Part shown: piece after piece, positions 38,899 through 50,100 of the stretch
Numbering within the stretch: position 1 is the stretch's first letter
How the letters are laid out: each line of letters starts with the position of its first letter
Translations under genes and position numbers: made by a program
The notes under the pieces: generated by a model
The model's database searches: none
What the model was told of the DNA's origin: nothing
Seen by the model: only the letters and a program-made list of their open reading frames with translations
Origin: Candidatus Falkowbacteria bacterium
GTDB lineage: Bacteria; Patescibacteriota; Patescibacteriia; Patescibacteriales; UBA12465
Direction: 5' to 3'
DNA length: 55,949 bases
Assembly (NCBI GenBank): GCA_009995495.1
Contig: JAACPL010000007.1
Coordinates: 1-55,949 of the forward strand

Positions 38899-40404
38899 AT
38901 GCACAACATTATTAAACGAGTGGCTCTTTTTTTGTTACTAATTTTGGTTTTAATCGGTGTGGGTAATTACGGCACGGTCGAAGCGGCCAAGAAATCTAAT
39001 AGATGCTTTTTACAATTTACGGCAGTTCCTCTAAATGAAAATATTAACTCGGGGGCTGAGACTACTTATCGTTATGCTGTAAAAAATATCGGTGCCACTA
39101 TGTGTAACGAGGTAGCGGTATCTTTATATTATGCTGAGAACGAAAAATATATAAATTCAAATCCTTTGCCAACTGCTTCGGATTATTATTGGTCCATCGG
39201 AAAACTTAATCGCGGTCAAACATTTTATTTTTCCGTGGTTATAAAAAACATTAATGGTGGCGAGCAGATGCTTGGGGAAGGTTGAGCCTCTGCTAATAAT
39301 GCTGATGATGCTTGCGTTAGCACCTCGGTCAACATAACAACAACTCCAACGATTGATTATCCAGAGCCTGTTGTGCTTGATGAAGCCCCACCCTTGGTAA
39401 TGGAAGAAATTGAGCCGATAATAGTAGACGAAGTGGAGCCGGTAATAATTCCGGTATTACCAATAGTTATTCCTAAGATAGACGAGCCAAACTCCATCAA
39501 TATCCAAGCTTGGGTTTATCCAGGCCAGCCAGCTTGTAATGCCACTAATGAATATTCTGATGGCAGACAAATAGATACATTAAAACCGGAATATTATACA
39601 GTTCAAAGCACGGGGGCGTTAAGACAATTAACCGCCTCTTCAGATGGTTGTAATGGTTATAGCGCTAGTAATGTCGCTGACATCAAAGCACACTCTAGTG
39701 AGCAATTTGTAACCGTGTCAGGTCATATTAGTAATGTAAGAAAATTACTTTCTTCGACATTATTACAATCAGCAGCGATAAAAACTTTAACAGATTTTAC
39801 TGTTTCTAGTGGATTTACTGGCGTAGAAATTGATTGGGAGGGTTTTGGTGACTGGACTGTTACTGATTACAATAATTACAAAAAATTTATCGCTGATTTA
39901 CAAACTAGTTTGCGCGCTAAGGGAAAGTTTTTAATGATAGACGCGCCAGCTATTTCTGATGCTAAATATCAGAGTTATTTTTTATTCAAATATGAAGATT
40001 TTGTAGATGTAGATTACGTCGCTATTATGGCTTATGACTATCAATATGATTATGGTGTTGGCCAACCAGTAGCTCCAGAAGTCTGGGTTAAAAATGTTGT
40101 TGATTGGGCAAAAGCTCGTTTAGATGTGAATCAAATAATTATTGGTATTGCTAATTATGAATATCACGGTCCGGTAGGAAGTTATAATGTGTCGATTGAT
40201 ACCTATACTCAATCCTCTTCTTATAACGGGTTTTCTACTAGAAAGTTGAATGCCGAAGGTGAAGAAGTTTGGACATCAGGGGGAACTTATTATGCGGCAC
40301 AAAGCGTGGCTGCGCTCGATAAGAGAAAGGCTTTTATTGAGTCGTTGGGAATAAAAAGTATTTCCGTTTGGCACCTAGGGGGCAATAAATGGTTTAGTAA
40401 TTAA
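38899..40404 (+). pseudogene. Secreted GH18-family protein interrupted by one in-frame TGA
   Basis: ORFs 38899-39285 and 39373-40404 share a frame, separated only by TGA 39283-39285; GVEIDWE, IMAYDY, SVWHLGG. Confidence 0.8.
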
Positions 40405-41735
40405 AACCATAGGTTTCCTCCTAAATGCCAAATTGAGATTGAGTCAATTCCTAAGTTTTTAATTGTTTGTATTTTTTTAACCAAACTTTCAGAGTCTTGG
40501 TAAAAATAAGTATTGCCAGCCTCTTCCCAGGTCATCTCAAAAGAATTAGGGTCCCGTTTAGCGTTAGCGAAACCGGGCTCTTTTTCTATCTGAGAATAAG
40601 TTAAAAGAGAGAAGCGATTGGCACCAGTTGGTCCTTTATATCCATAAGAGGGAACGCCGATAGAAAGTTTTGCCTTGTTTGGGAATTTCCCTAAAGTGAA
40701 TTTTATAGTTTCTTGAATCCAGGTGATGGGCGCAACTGGTTGACCAGCGCCGTGATCATATTGGTAGTCATATAGCATAATTACTAATTTATCAATTGGT
40801 AAATTATTAAAATCGCTATAGCGCCAAACGTACCAAGCCTCTTCTACTGCGTTTGAAGTTGCCGGGCCATCAATCATTAATTTTTTATTCTTAGCATGTA
40901 GAGCATTTCCTAGCTTAGTTATGAATTCTTTATATTTTTGATATGAAGAAGCTGACCAACCGCCGAAGTCTTCAAAATCTATTTCTAGACCCGTTATTTT
41001 ATTATCTACCGTAAAGGCAACAAGAGTATCAATATTAGTTGAGTTTTCTAAAGATTCAGTTAAAAATAAATCCATACTTCCAGCGTAGGAAGAAGAAATA
41101 GTAGCATATTGTTCTTTTGAGTAACCTCTTACACTCTCAACGTTAGCAGGGGAATATCCATTGCAACCGCGATTTTCTACGGTTAATAAAACTAATTTGC
41201 CATCTTCATTGATTGTAAAATATTCGGGTTTTAAAATATCTATTTTTCGACCATCAGAATATTCTGCTTTAACATTACAAACTGTTGCCCCAGGATATAT
41301 CCAGGCCATAATTTCTTTTTGAGTAATTGATGTCGGTAGTTCTGGCGCGGGAGTTTCTATGATTTGAACGGAAGAATCGCTATTTGTGGTTGGAACAAAA
41401 ATATCTGAAGAATTAGGATTCGTTATTTCTGAAGAAGAAGCATTGGAGAGATTTTCTTTGTCATTTAGATTTTCCTGTGCTCTCTCTATATCCTTGTTTT
41501 CTAAAATAACATCATTCGTACTAGTGGAGCTTGTGTCGGCGATAAAAATTTGGTTGGTATCGGCGACACTAATTTCACTATTAGCGGTTTCCATTGAAGT
41601 AGTAGTATTAATTAGCGAAAATTTTTTATTAATAGTGTTTTGATATATTACTATAAATATTATTATTAAAATGGCAACCGCTAAAATAGCCAGAGAATAT
41701 ATTGAAATTTTTGTATTAAGTAATGATTTTAACAT
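40401..41735 (-). CDS. Membrane-anchored GH18-family glycoside hydrolase
   Basis: GLEIDFE, IMLYDY, GVPSYGY, SIWHLGG; paralog of the convergent gene. Confidence 0.85.
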   Translation of the reverse strand: MLKSLLNTKISIYSLAILAVAILIIIFIVIYQNTINKKFSLINTTTSMETANSEISVADTNQIFIADTSSTSTNDVILENKDIERAQENLNDKENLSNASSSEITNPNSSDIFVPTTNSDSSVQIIETPAPELPTSITQKEIMAWIYPGATVCNVKAEYSDGRKIDILKPEYFTINEDGKLVLLTVENRGCNGYSPANVESVRGYSKEQYATISSSYAGSMDLFLTESLENSTNIDTLVAFTVDNKITGLEIDFEDFGGWSASSYQKYKEFITKLGNALHAKNKKLMIDGPATSNAVEEAWYVWRYSDFNNLPIDKLVIMLYDYQYDHGAGQPVAPITWIQETIKFTLGKFPNKAKLSIGVPSYGYKGPTGANRFSLLTYSQIEKEPGFANAKRDPNSFEMTWEEAGNTYFYQDSESLVKKIQTIKNLGIDSISIWHLGGNLWF

Positions 41736-41755
41736 ATATTTATTGCTAAAAAATA

Positions 41756-43152
41756 TTAATTTTTAGTGGATATAGCCCCTTCTTTAATTTTTTCGGAAAA
41801 TACCCCTTTTCTGGTCCATTTTTGCCATTGTATCTGTTCCTTTCTTAAATAACCCAAGATGGTTCTTATTAAAGCGCTAAACTCAACGAAGGTGCTGGCG
41901 TAAAAAAGTAGCCAGCCGATAGGGGCTAAAAAAAGAAGTTTTAAATTCTTTTTACTACGGATATCAAAAAATATTTGCACTATAAACATTGAATTAACTA
42001 CGATTATCCCGGAGATAAAAGAAGAATAGTCACTAGTCAAGTAAGAATATATGTAGACGAATATCAGGAAGAATAATTCTAGAAAAAGTTGTAAATCACC
42101 AAATACGGCTAAGGGGAGTATAAACCAGGAAAGAAGTTTTTTGTGTTTTCTTTTACTACTGAAAAACATTTGACGGTAGTTCATAAAAGTTTCTAGTCTG
42201 CCTCTTTTTCATCTTAGTCGTTGTTTTATCAAGCCTTTGAAATCAGTCGCTCCTTCTGTGTAAACGATAGCATCTTCAGCGTAGACTATTTTCATGCCAG
42301 CGTGTTGAATGCGAAAAGAAAGTTCTATATCTTCTGTTATATTTTTAACGTCATATCCTCCGAGTTTTTCAAAGACCTCTTTTCTAAAAGCGCCAGCAGC
42401 GCCACCAATGATGTAGATTGAATTCATGATTGAATCGCACTTTTTAAAATAGAAAGAAAATAAGAACTCTAAGTATTGCACTATCTCAATTAGAGAGTTA
42501 GTATTTCCAATTTTAACGTTACCAACGGCAGCCATAACATTAGGAAGTTCAAAGTATTTTACGAAATTTTCCATGGTTGATGGCGGAACAAAGCAATCAG
42601 CATCAATGGAAATAATAATATCTCCCTTGGCTTGAGCTATTCCTTTATTTAGAGCATGTCCCTTCCCTTGAGTTCTTTCTTCTATACAGAGAATTTTAAT
42701 TCCATTTTTTCTTTAGCCGTTTTGAGGCGGTAATTTCTTATTAATCGTCTGACATTGACTTTAGTATTGTCTGTCGAGGCATTATCAATCACAATGATTT
42801 CTAGATTTTTATAAGTACTATTGAGCAAAGATTTTAAAGTCACTAAAATACCATCTTCTTCGTTACAGGCTGGAACTAATACGCTCACAAGTGGTTGATA
42901 TTGTTGATAATTTTTATTTTTTACAAGCACCTCTCTACTTCTGCGGCTAATGCGAGCAACATATACGTCATGCCAAGGACTCACCACCATGTAAATGAAG
43001 TATTTTATAAGTAAAGTGCTGGCGAACATTATAATAATTAGTCGTAAAAAGGGAAAATTATTACCTTCCTCAGGTTTTAACAAAAAAACTGATAGCACTA
43101 TCCAAATAGTTAAGGCATAAAGTATTGTATAAATTAATAATTTTTTAAATAT
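41756..43152 (-). pseudogene. Processive GT2 glycosyltransferase (PgaC/IcaA/NodC-like), disrupted
   Basis: VPACNEE, GKGHALN, DAD, TED, QRLR* motifs; frameshift at 42705-42710, TGA at 42209-42211, probable ATG>ATA at 43150-43152. Confidence 0.85.
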
Positions 43153-43159
43153 ATATTTA

Positions 43160-43357
43160 TTAGTGATGCTTAAAATATTTGCTTAAAAGTCTAGCCCCTA
43201 AATTGGAAATAAGGATTATGGATAAAAAAATCACCACCAAACGATAGGATAAGACAGTAATATTATCAAAAAAATTGAGGTAAAGAATAATTAGACCTAT
43301 TAAAACTAAAGAAAAAAGGGTGATCTCTACTAGCATAGTTGATAAAAATTTTTTCAT
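43160..43357 (-). CDS. Small two-TM protein upstream of GT2
   Basis: 65 aa, two hydrophobic helices. Confidence 0.6.
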   Translation of the reverse strand: MKKFLSTMLVEITLFSLVLIGLIILYLNFFDNITVLSYRLVVIFLSIILISNLGARLLSKYFKHH

Positions 43358-43613
43358 ATTTTTATAACAATTAAAAAATGCTGACTAGAACTAATTTAGT
43401 CAAACGTTATAGCTTGTATAAGAAGTAATATTAGTAACTTTCTGATTATTAGCCGATAAACTAAGAAATTTATTACAGGGAGAAATATTTATTAAAACTG
43501 TGGACAAATTGTGATTGGAGTAGATGACGGAATGGAAAGAAAGCGATAAGTGAAGACGAAACTTTTCTCGTTTTTGCTGGATTTTTTAGTATAAATTTGG
43601 TATAATGATTATT

Positions 43614-43898
43614 ATGATAAAGATTAAAGCATCTGAAGAAAAAATGCATAAAATTCCAAAAGATCTTAAAGAGGCTCTAATAGCCTCGCCAGAAGTTTAT
43701 GATATTTGGAAAAAACTTACACCCATCGCGCGTAACGAGTGGATTTGTTACGTGACCATCTTTGAAAAAGCTGAAACAAGAAAAAATCACATTAAACGCT
43801 TACAAGAGGACTTGCTTAAAGGCAAGCGTCGCCCTTGTTGTTGGCCCGGTTGTCCGCATCGTCGGCCTAATGCGCAAAAATGGTTTGCTAATAAATAA
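43614..43898 (+). CDS. YdeI/OmpD-associated family protein
   Basis: IPKDLKEAL..W..LTP.ARNEWIC..KAETR; C-terminal RRPCCWPGCPHR; start uncertain. Confidence 0.8.
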   Translation: MIKIKASEEKMHKIPKDLKEALIASPEVYDIWKKLTPIARNEWICYVTIFEKAETRKNHIKRLQEDLLKGKRRPCCWPGCPHRRPNAQKWFANK

Positions 43899-43902
43899 AC
43901 TT

Positions 43903-44361
43903 ATGATTTCATACAAACATACTCAAATTGGATATCGAATGTTGTTTACGTTAATTGCTCTTGTTTTTTTTTATACACAACTTTTTAAAATTATTTCACC
44001 AGAGATTAGCTCTAATTTTATTATTATTGCTATATTTTATATAGCTGCATTAATTTTTGCCTCTTTTATAACACTTAAAGTAACAATTGATGAAAGTTAT
44101 CTGCGAATTAAATTTGGCTATGGTGTTTTTAGTAAAAAATTCTCTATTAAAGAAATAGCTTCAGTTGAATCTGTAAGAAATCGTTGGTATCATGGTTGGG
44201 GTGTTAGATTGTGGTTTTTTCCTTATATGTGGATCTATAATGTTTCCGGTTTCGATGCGGTTGAAATAACTATGAATAGCGGCAGAATTTACCGGATAGG
44301 AACAGATGAGTCATATAAGCTTGAGATGGCAATTAAACGAGCAACAGAATTTAATAAATAA
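43903..44361 (+). CDS. Membrane protein with PH-like domain
   Basis: Two TMs then GWGVR, YNVSG.DAVEI, YRIGTD; start taken at ATG 43903. Confidence 0.7.
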   Translation: MISYKHTQIGYRMLFTLIALVFFYTQLFKIISPEISSNFIIIAIFYIAALIFASFITLKVTIDESYLRIKFGYGVFSKKFSIKEIASVESVRNRWYHGWGVRLWFFPYMWIYNVSGFDAVEITMNSGRIYRIGTDESYKLEMAIKRATEFNK

Positions 44362-44373
44362 GATATAAATAGA

Positions 44374-45141
44374 ATGAAAATTTTAATTATTACAGATATT
44401 CACTACGGAGAAGATACTAATTACCCTAAACTTATAGGTAAAGAGTATATTAATTTATTTGGCTCTCAATTTAAAAAATATCTTCCAAACATTAAAACTC
44501 TTGTGAAAGAACATGACTTAACGATTAACCTTGGGGATTTAATAAATGAAACTAACACTGAGTCAGATTTAATTCAATATAAAAAAGCAGTTGAGTTTTT
44601 TGTTAAAGAAAAACCAGTTAAACATGTGCTAGGAAATCATGAATTACGAACTCTTTCAAGGAGTCAGTTGGTAGAAATAATAGGCGAGAAAAAATCTTAC
44701 TATTCTTTTGATTTAAATAATTATCACCACATAGTACTTGATGGTTTTAGAGATTTTGAAGAAGACATATATAAAATAGATAAAGAACAATTAGCTTGGT
44801 TACAAAAAGACCTAGACAATACCAATCTTTTAAGTCTTGTATATTGTCATTATGTTTTTGATAATCAATCCCTTGACTCCAACTATTATTTTAATAAGCC
44901 GCAAAGAGTGTTTATAGAAAATAAGGAAGAAATAAGAAAAATATTTGAAGATTCAAAAAAAGTTATTGCGGTTTTTAGTGGGCACTTACATTTTTTTCAT
45001 CAAGAAATTATTAATGGTATAAAATATATAACAGCCCCCGCTTTTAGTGAAAATGATGGAAATCATAAAGCAAAAGCTGAATGTTTAAGTGTTGATTTGG
45101 ATGGTAAAGAGGTTGCAGTAAAGTTTGTTAAAGTCTTTTAA
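44374..45141 (+). CDS. Calcineurin-like metallophosphoesterase
   Basis: DIH, GD, GNHE, GHLH motifs. Confidence 0.92.
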   Translation: MKILIITDIHYGEDTNYPKLIGKEYINLFGSQFKKYLPNIKTLVKEHDLTINLGDLINETNTESDLIQYKKAVEFFVKEKPVKHVLGNHELRTLSRSQLVEIIGEKKSYYSFDLNNYHHIVLDGFRDFEEDIYKIDKEQLAWLQKDLDNTNLLSLVYCHYVFDNQSLDSNYYFNKPQRVFIENKEEIRKIFEDSKKVIAVFSGHLHFFHQEIINGIKYITAPAFSENDGNHKAKAECLSVDLDGKEVAVKFVKVF

Positions 45142-45144
45142 GCG

Positions 45145-45669
45145 CTAGGCCTTACCAAGAGTTTTTTCGCCCTCAGTCCATTCCATCGGACAAAGTTCAC
45201 CGCTTTGAACGGCTTTTAGAACTCTTAGAGTTTCATTAACCGAGCGCCCGACTGAACCAGCGGAGACAACAATGTATTTTATTTTACCTTCTGGGTCAAT
45301 AATAAATAAGCCACGATCAGCCGAACCGTCGCTTTCATTTAAAACTCCATAAGCACGAGCAATGGATTGAGTCGTATCAGCTAAAACTGGGTATTTTACT
45401 TCTGGTAAATCTTTTTCCAGCCAAGTTTTGTGGGACCATTCGGAATCAGTTGAGGCCGCTAAAATATCACAATTTAAAGCTTTAAATTCTTCCTCGCTTT
45501 TAGCAAAACCCCTAATTTCGGTTGGACAAACGAAAGTAAAATCGCGAGGATAGAAAAATAATACTAGCCATCTGTCGGTATAGTCGGCTAGGCTAATTTC
45601 TTTGAATTCGCCATTATGAAAAGCTTTTATTTTTTCAAAGTTTGGGGCTGGTTGATTTATATTAAGCAT
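45145..45669 (-). CDS. ahpC: 2-Cys peroxiredoxin (AhpC type)
   Basis: FYPRDFTFVCPTE and C-terminal LCP. Confidence 0.92.
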   Translation of the reverse strand: MLNINQPAPNFEKIKAFHNGEFKEISLADYTDRWLVLFFYPRDFTFVCPTEIRGFAKSEEEFKALNCDILAASTDSEWSHKTWLEKDLPEVKYPVLADTTQSIARAYGVLNESDGSADRGLFIIDPEGKIKYIVVSAGSVGRSVNETLRVLKAVQSGELCPMEWTEGEKTLGKA

Positions 45670-45731
45670 ATTTTTATCGTTAATTAATTAGTGCCTAATA
45701 TTTTAACAAAAAAATTGGCTCAAAGCAAGAC

Positions 45732-45959
45732 TTAAAATTCCAAACTCTTTATCCTCGCAACTTTTTTACAATTACGACATTTTATTTCTATCAAGGCGGA
45801 AGTAATTTTGGCGCGAAAAAATAATTTATAACAAAGAGGGCAACGATATTCGCGAAGCTCTATTTTTTTATTTTCTTCAAATTTCAGCGCCCTTTCTTTT
45901 CCTGGTTTTTCTTCGTCTAATAATTTTCCAGTTATTGAATTTTCTGAGTCAAAGCTCAT
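45732..45959 (-). CDS. Com-like zinc-ribbon protein
   Basis: YRCPLCYKLF...IEIKCRNCK. Confidence 0.65.
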   Translation of the reverse strand: MSFDSENSITGKLLDEEKPGKERALKFEENKKIELREYRCPLCYKLFFRAKITSALIEIKCRNCKKVARIKSLEF

Positions 45960-46078
45960 AAATTAAAATTAAATTTATTATATTTTAATTTTATAATATT
46001 TACCCTGAAATTTAGTTAAAGAAAAACTCAAGAAAAGATAAAGAGGCGAGCGGCGGTTTTTGCTTAATTTTTAGGGTC

Positions 46079-46119
46079 TTGACCTTTTTATTAAATAGCT
46101 ATACCATAGGTATAGGTAT
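46079..46119 (+). promoter_or_regulatory. csoR promoter and putative CsoR operator
   Basis: TTGACC-N17-TACCAT overlapped by ATACC-N9-GGTAT inverted repeat. Confidence 0.65.
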
Positions 46120-46146
46120 TTAAATTTAATTTATTATTCTAATTCT

Positions 46147-46419
46147 ATGGACTACAAAAAGAAAGTGGCAATTACTTTAAAAAAAGCGAACTCTTTAACG
46201 GCGAAGGTTCTAAAAATGACTGAGGATGATAAATACTGCATTGATATTATTCAACAAAATCTGGCTATTATTGGCCTTTTAAAGTCGGCTAACTTAGCTT
46301 TACTAGAGGGTCATCTTGGTTGTTGTGTTGTTAACGCCGCTAAAGCGGGTGATGAGAAAAGAATAAATGTTATGATGGATGAAATTTTAAAAGTTGTTAA
46401 AACCGCGCAAAATAAATAA
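46147..46419 (+). CDS. csoR: CsoR-family copper-sensing repressor
   Basis: YCIDIIQQ, H-x3-C (HLGCC) metal ligands; upstream of copA. Confidence 0.88.
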   Translation: MDYKKKVAITLKKANSLTAKVLKMTEDDKYCIDIIQQNLAIIGLLKSANLALLEGHLGCCVVNAAKAGDEKRINVMMDEILKVVKTAQNK

Positions 46420-46439
46420 TAGCGCAAAAATAATAATTT

Positions 46440-47840
46440 ATGAAAAAAATTTTTTATATTTCTGGCATGCATTGTGTCAGTTGTGAGATGTTAATTGAAA
46501 AAGAGGTCAAAGATATTTTTAAAACCGCAAAAATTGATATTTCTCACCAAAAAGGAGTGATGGAAATTGAGGCTGAAGAAATTAGTGAGAAAAAAATTAG
46601 AGAAATTGTTAAGAGCTGCGGTTATCAGATAGTTGATAAAAATGAAGCTCGACTTGAGACAAAAACAAAATTTAAATTAAAAGATTTTTGGCAATTAGTT
46701 TTTGCTTTTGGCGTTCTTTTTTTTCTTGTTTCTTTGTTTTCTAAATTTGAACTAGCTAGATTTTTTCCTGAAGCTAGTGATAATGTCGGGTTATTAGTTG
46801 CGCTTGGGCTTGGCGTTGTCGCTTCCTTATCAACTTGCTTAGCAATTACTGGGGGAATTGTGATGAGTTTTTCTAGTCGTTACGATTTTAATGATGACAC
46901 TAATAATAATTTAAGTAAAAAGATTTCTTTTTTAAGTCGTAGTCTGCCTCAAATTTATTTTCATATTGGTCGCATCGGTGGTTTCTTTGTGCTTGGTGGT
47001 CTTTTAGGAGCCTTGGGCGGAAAAATTCAGTATTCAAATGGTTTTACAGGGTTTCTGACAATCCTCGTGGCTTTAATAATGCTTTACATTGCTTTAAATA
47101 TTTTAGGACTTCTTCCTAGCATTACTAAGCTTGGTTTTTATTTGCCAAAAAAGTGGAGTCGGGGAATTTCTAGTTTGCAGGCGAATAATAACCCGTCTTT
47201 AATTGCGAGTATTGGTGCTCTAACTTTCTTTTTGCCTTGTGGTTTTACCCAGTCAATGCAACTAGCTGCCGTTGCTTCTGGCAGTTTTCTTTCGGGGGCA
47301 TTAATTATGGCAGTTTTTGCGCTTGGGACTTTACCAGTTCTTTTTTCTGTTGGTCTTGGCTCAAGCTATTCTCAAAATAAAAAATTTGGCTTTCTTAAAA
47401 AATTTATCGCCGCCATTATTATTTTCTTTGCTCTCTATTCTTTAAATTCAGGGTTGATTATTAGTGGATCTAGATATTCAGTTGATTTTTGGAGTAGTTT
47501 TGTTAATAAAATCAATACTAGCGCCGGGGCCAATGTTAAGGAATTAAATGATAAAGCTTTAATTGATGAGGACGGTTATCAAGTTGTTCAACTTGATGTA
47601 GATTATACTTTTAAACAGAGCGAATTTAAAATTAAAAAAGATATACCAGTTAAATTTATTATTAATGCCGTCCATGTGTCTGGTTGTAGTGATGAAGTTA
47701 TTATTAGAAGATTGGGCTTAACTACTGGAAAATTAAAAAATGGCGATGAGGGCTTAATAGAATTTACGCCGACTCAAGCTGGCATTATTCCATTTTCTTG
47801 TTGGATGGGGATGCAAAATGGTCGTTTTATTGTTGAATAG
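46440..47840 (+). CDS. HMA + DsbD/TauE-like membrane + cupredoxin-like protein
   Basis: GMHCVSC, STCLAITGG, FLPCGFTQ, FSCWMGM. Confidence 0.85.
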   Translation: MKKIFYISGMHCVSCEMLIEKEVKDIFKTAKIDISHQKGVMEIEAEEISEKKIREIVKSCGYQIVDKNEARLETKTKFKLKDFWQLVFAFGVLFFLVSLFSKFELARFFPEASDNVGLLVALGLGVVASLSTCLAITGGIVMSFSSRYDFNDDTNNNLSKKISFLSRSLPQIYFHIGRIGGFFVLGGLLGALGGKIQYSNGFTGFLTILVALIMLYIALNILGLLPSITKLGFYLPKKWSRGISSLQANNNPSLIASIGALTFFLPCGFTQSMQLAAVASGSFLSGALIMAVFALGTLPVLFSVGLGSSYSQNKKFGFLKKFIAAIIIFFALYSLNSGLIISGSRYSVDFWSSFVNKINTSAGANVKELNDKALIDEDGYQVVQLDVDYTFKQSEFKIKKDIPVKFIINAVHVSGCSDEVIIRRLGLTTGKLKNGDEGLIEFTPTQAGIIPFSCWMGMQNGRFIVE

Positions 47841-47886
47841 CTAAATAAAAAGCTGAATAAAATTTTATTCTTTTAGAAATAAATAT

Positions 47887-50100
47887 ATGGAAAAGAAAAT
47901 TGATTTAGATATAACTGGAATGACTTGCGCCTCTTGTTCAGCTCTGATTCAAAGGGCGCTTGATAAAGATGGGCGAGTTAAAAAAGCCAGCGTTAATATA
48001 GCGACAAATAAAGCTTCGCTAGTTTTTGATGAAGATAAAATCTCTAGTGCCGGTATAATTGAATTAATTAAAAAAACTGGCTACGGAGCTAGTATTGCTA
48101 ATTCTGAAAATGATATTTCGGCGAAACTTGTTAAATCACGCTATCTTCGTTTTTTATGGTCACTTATTTTTGGCTTGCCTTTATTTTATTTAGCGATGGG
48201 CATGATAGTCGGTTTGCCAGAATTAAAGATTTCAATGATGGCTAATATTTCTTGGCAATTAATTTTTACTTTAGCAATTATTATTATCAATAGAAACATT
48301 TATTCCTCTGGTTTTTCCAAACTCTTTAAACGACAGCCGAATATGGCTAGCTTAATTGCGATTGGCACCCTAGCAGCCTTCTTTTATTCGATTTTTGTTT
48401 ATTTAGGAATATTGTTTTATCCGGAAAATGTCGCCTCGGCTCATGTTTATTTTGAAAGTGCTGGTTTTATTTTGATTTTTATTGCTTTAGGGAAATATTT
48501 AGAGGAGAAAACTAAGGGAAGAACTGGGAACGCGATTAAAAAGTTAATTGGTTTACAGCCAAAAACAGCTCTTGTTAGTCGTGATAATCAAGAAATTGAA
48601 GTTAGTATTTCTGAGCTAATTAAGGGTGATATTATTATTGTTAAAGTGGGAGATAAAATTCCGGTTGATGGCGAGATAATATTTGGTGAGTCAACAATTG
48701 ATGAAAGCGCAATTACTGGAGAAAGTATTCCTGTTTTTAAAAAGCTTGGTGATAAATTAATTGGCGGAACAATTAATAAAACTAGTATTTTAAAATTTAG
48801 AGCGACTGGAGTCGGAAGTGAAACGATGTTGGCGCAAATAATTAAAATTATGGAAGAAGCGGTTGCCTCTAAGGCGCCAATCCAGTTGTTAGTTGATAAG
48901 GTTTCTTATTATTTTGTCCCGACCGTTATTGGCTTAGCTATTATTTCTTTTCTTGTTTGGTATTTTCTTGGTTTCGGTTTTTATTTTGCCTTAACGGCTT
49001 TTGTTTCTGTTTTAATTATTGCTTGCCCTTGTGCTTTAGGTTTGGCAACGCCAACGGCAGTGATGATGGGTACAGGTTTAGCAGCGAAAAACGGAATTTT
49101 AATTAAAAGTTCAGTTGCCCTTGAAGCGGCTAATAAAATTCAGGCAGTTGTTTTTGATAAAACCGGAACTTTAACTAAGGGTCAGCCAGAAGTTGTGGAA
49201 ATTTTTGGTTTTGGCTTTTCCGAAGCCCAGATTTTAAAAATTTCTCAAGCACTGGCTCGGAATTCTCGCCATCCTTTGTCTGAGGCGGTCGTGCGTTATG
49301 CTAAAGAAAAAAATGCGCCTCAAGTTGAGCTTGATAATTTTGAGGAAAAGGAGGGGATGGGGTTAAAAGCTTTTTGTCGGGAGCATAAAACTAAATTATT
49401 ATTAGGTAATAAAAAATTATTAGAACTTGAAGGTCTTAGTTTTAATGATGAAGTTGAAGCCGTTTTTGATCGTTTTGCTAGCGCCGGGAAAACACCATTG
49501 TTTATTAGCCACGGTGATAAGGTTGCCGGCTTAATTGCAATTATTGATGATATTAAAGATAGTAGTCTAGAAGCGGTTAAAGAATTGAAACGACGAGGGC
49601 AAGAAGTCTATATGATAACTGGTGATAATGAAAAAGTGGCACAGGCGATTGCCGAGAAATTGGGAATAGATAAGGTTTTAGCCAATGTTTTTCCGGCTGA
49701 TAAGGCGAAAAAAATTAAAGAGCTACAAGAGAGTGGTTTAGTCGTCGCTATGGTTGGTGACGGAATTAATGACGCGCCAGCTTTAGCGCAAGCGAACTTA
49801 GGGATTGCCCTAGCTTCGGGGACTGATGTCGCCCTTGAGGCCGGAGAAATTATTTTGGTTAAGAATGATTTGCGTGATGTTGTTAAAGCGATTGATATTT
49901 CTAAGTTTACAATTCATAAAATTAGACAAAATCTTTTTTGGGCCTTTATTTATAATATTTTAGGCATACCGGTGGCCGCCGGCGTCTTCTATTTTATTTT
50001 TGGAGTTTTATTAAATCCGATGATTGCCGCTCTTGCTATGTCTTTTTCCTCGGTTAGCGTTGTTAGTAATTCGCTCTTGATAAAATTCTATCGTCGTTAG
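47887..50100 (+). CDS. copA: Copper-translocating P1B ATPase
   Basis: GMTCASC, TGES, CPC, DKTGT, HP, GDGINDAP, YN, MSFSS. Confidence 0.95.
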   Translation: MEKKIDLDITGMTCASCSALIQRALDKDGRVKKASVNIATNKASLVFDEDKISSAGIIELIKKTGYGASIANSENDISAKLVKSRYLRFLWSLIFGLPLFYLAMGMIVGLPELKISMMANISWQLIFTLAIIIINRNIYSSGFSKLFKRQPNMASLIAIGTLAAFFYSIFVYLGILFYPENVASAHVYFESAGFILIFIALGKYLEEKTKGRTGNAIKKLIGLQPKTALVSRDNQEIEVSISELIKGDIIIVKVGDKIPVDGEIIFGESTIDESAITGESIPVFKKLGDKLIGGTINKTSILKFRATGVGSETMLAQIIKIMEEAVASKAPIQLLVDKVSYYFVPTVIGLAIISFLVWYFLGFGFYFALTAFVSVLIIACPCALGLATPTAVMMGTGLAAKNGILIKSSVALEAANKIQAVVFDKTGTLTKGQPEVVEIFGFGFSEAQILKISQALARNSRHPLSEAVVRYAKEKNAPQVELDNFEEKEGMGLKAFCREHKTKLLLGNKKLLELEGLSFNDEVEAVFDRFASAGKTPLFISHGDKVAGLIAIIDDIKDSSLEAVKELKRRGQEVYMITGDNEKVAQAIAEKLGIDKVLANVFPADKAKKIKELQESGLVVAMVGDGINDAPALAQANLGIALASGTDVALEAGEIILVKNDLRDVVKAIDISKFTIHKIRQNLFWAFIYNILGIPVAAGVFYFIFGVLLNPMIAALAMSFSSVSVVSNSLLIKFYRR

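Noticed and set aside
39283..42211. UGA recoding (Trp, Gly or Sec) suggested by two in-frame TGAs
   Set aside because: Conserved genes have no internal TGA, comM and others stop at TGA, and the same GT2 also has a frameshift; decay is simpler.
42705..42710. Phase variation of GT2 through an A-tract
   Set aside because: The tract is only 6 nt and other lesions would still inactivate the gene.
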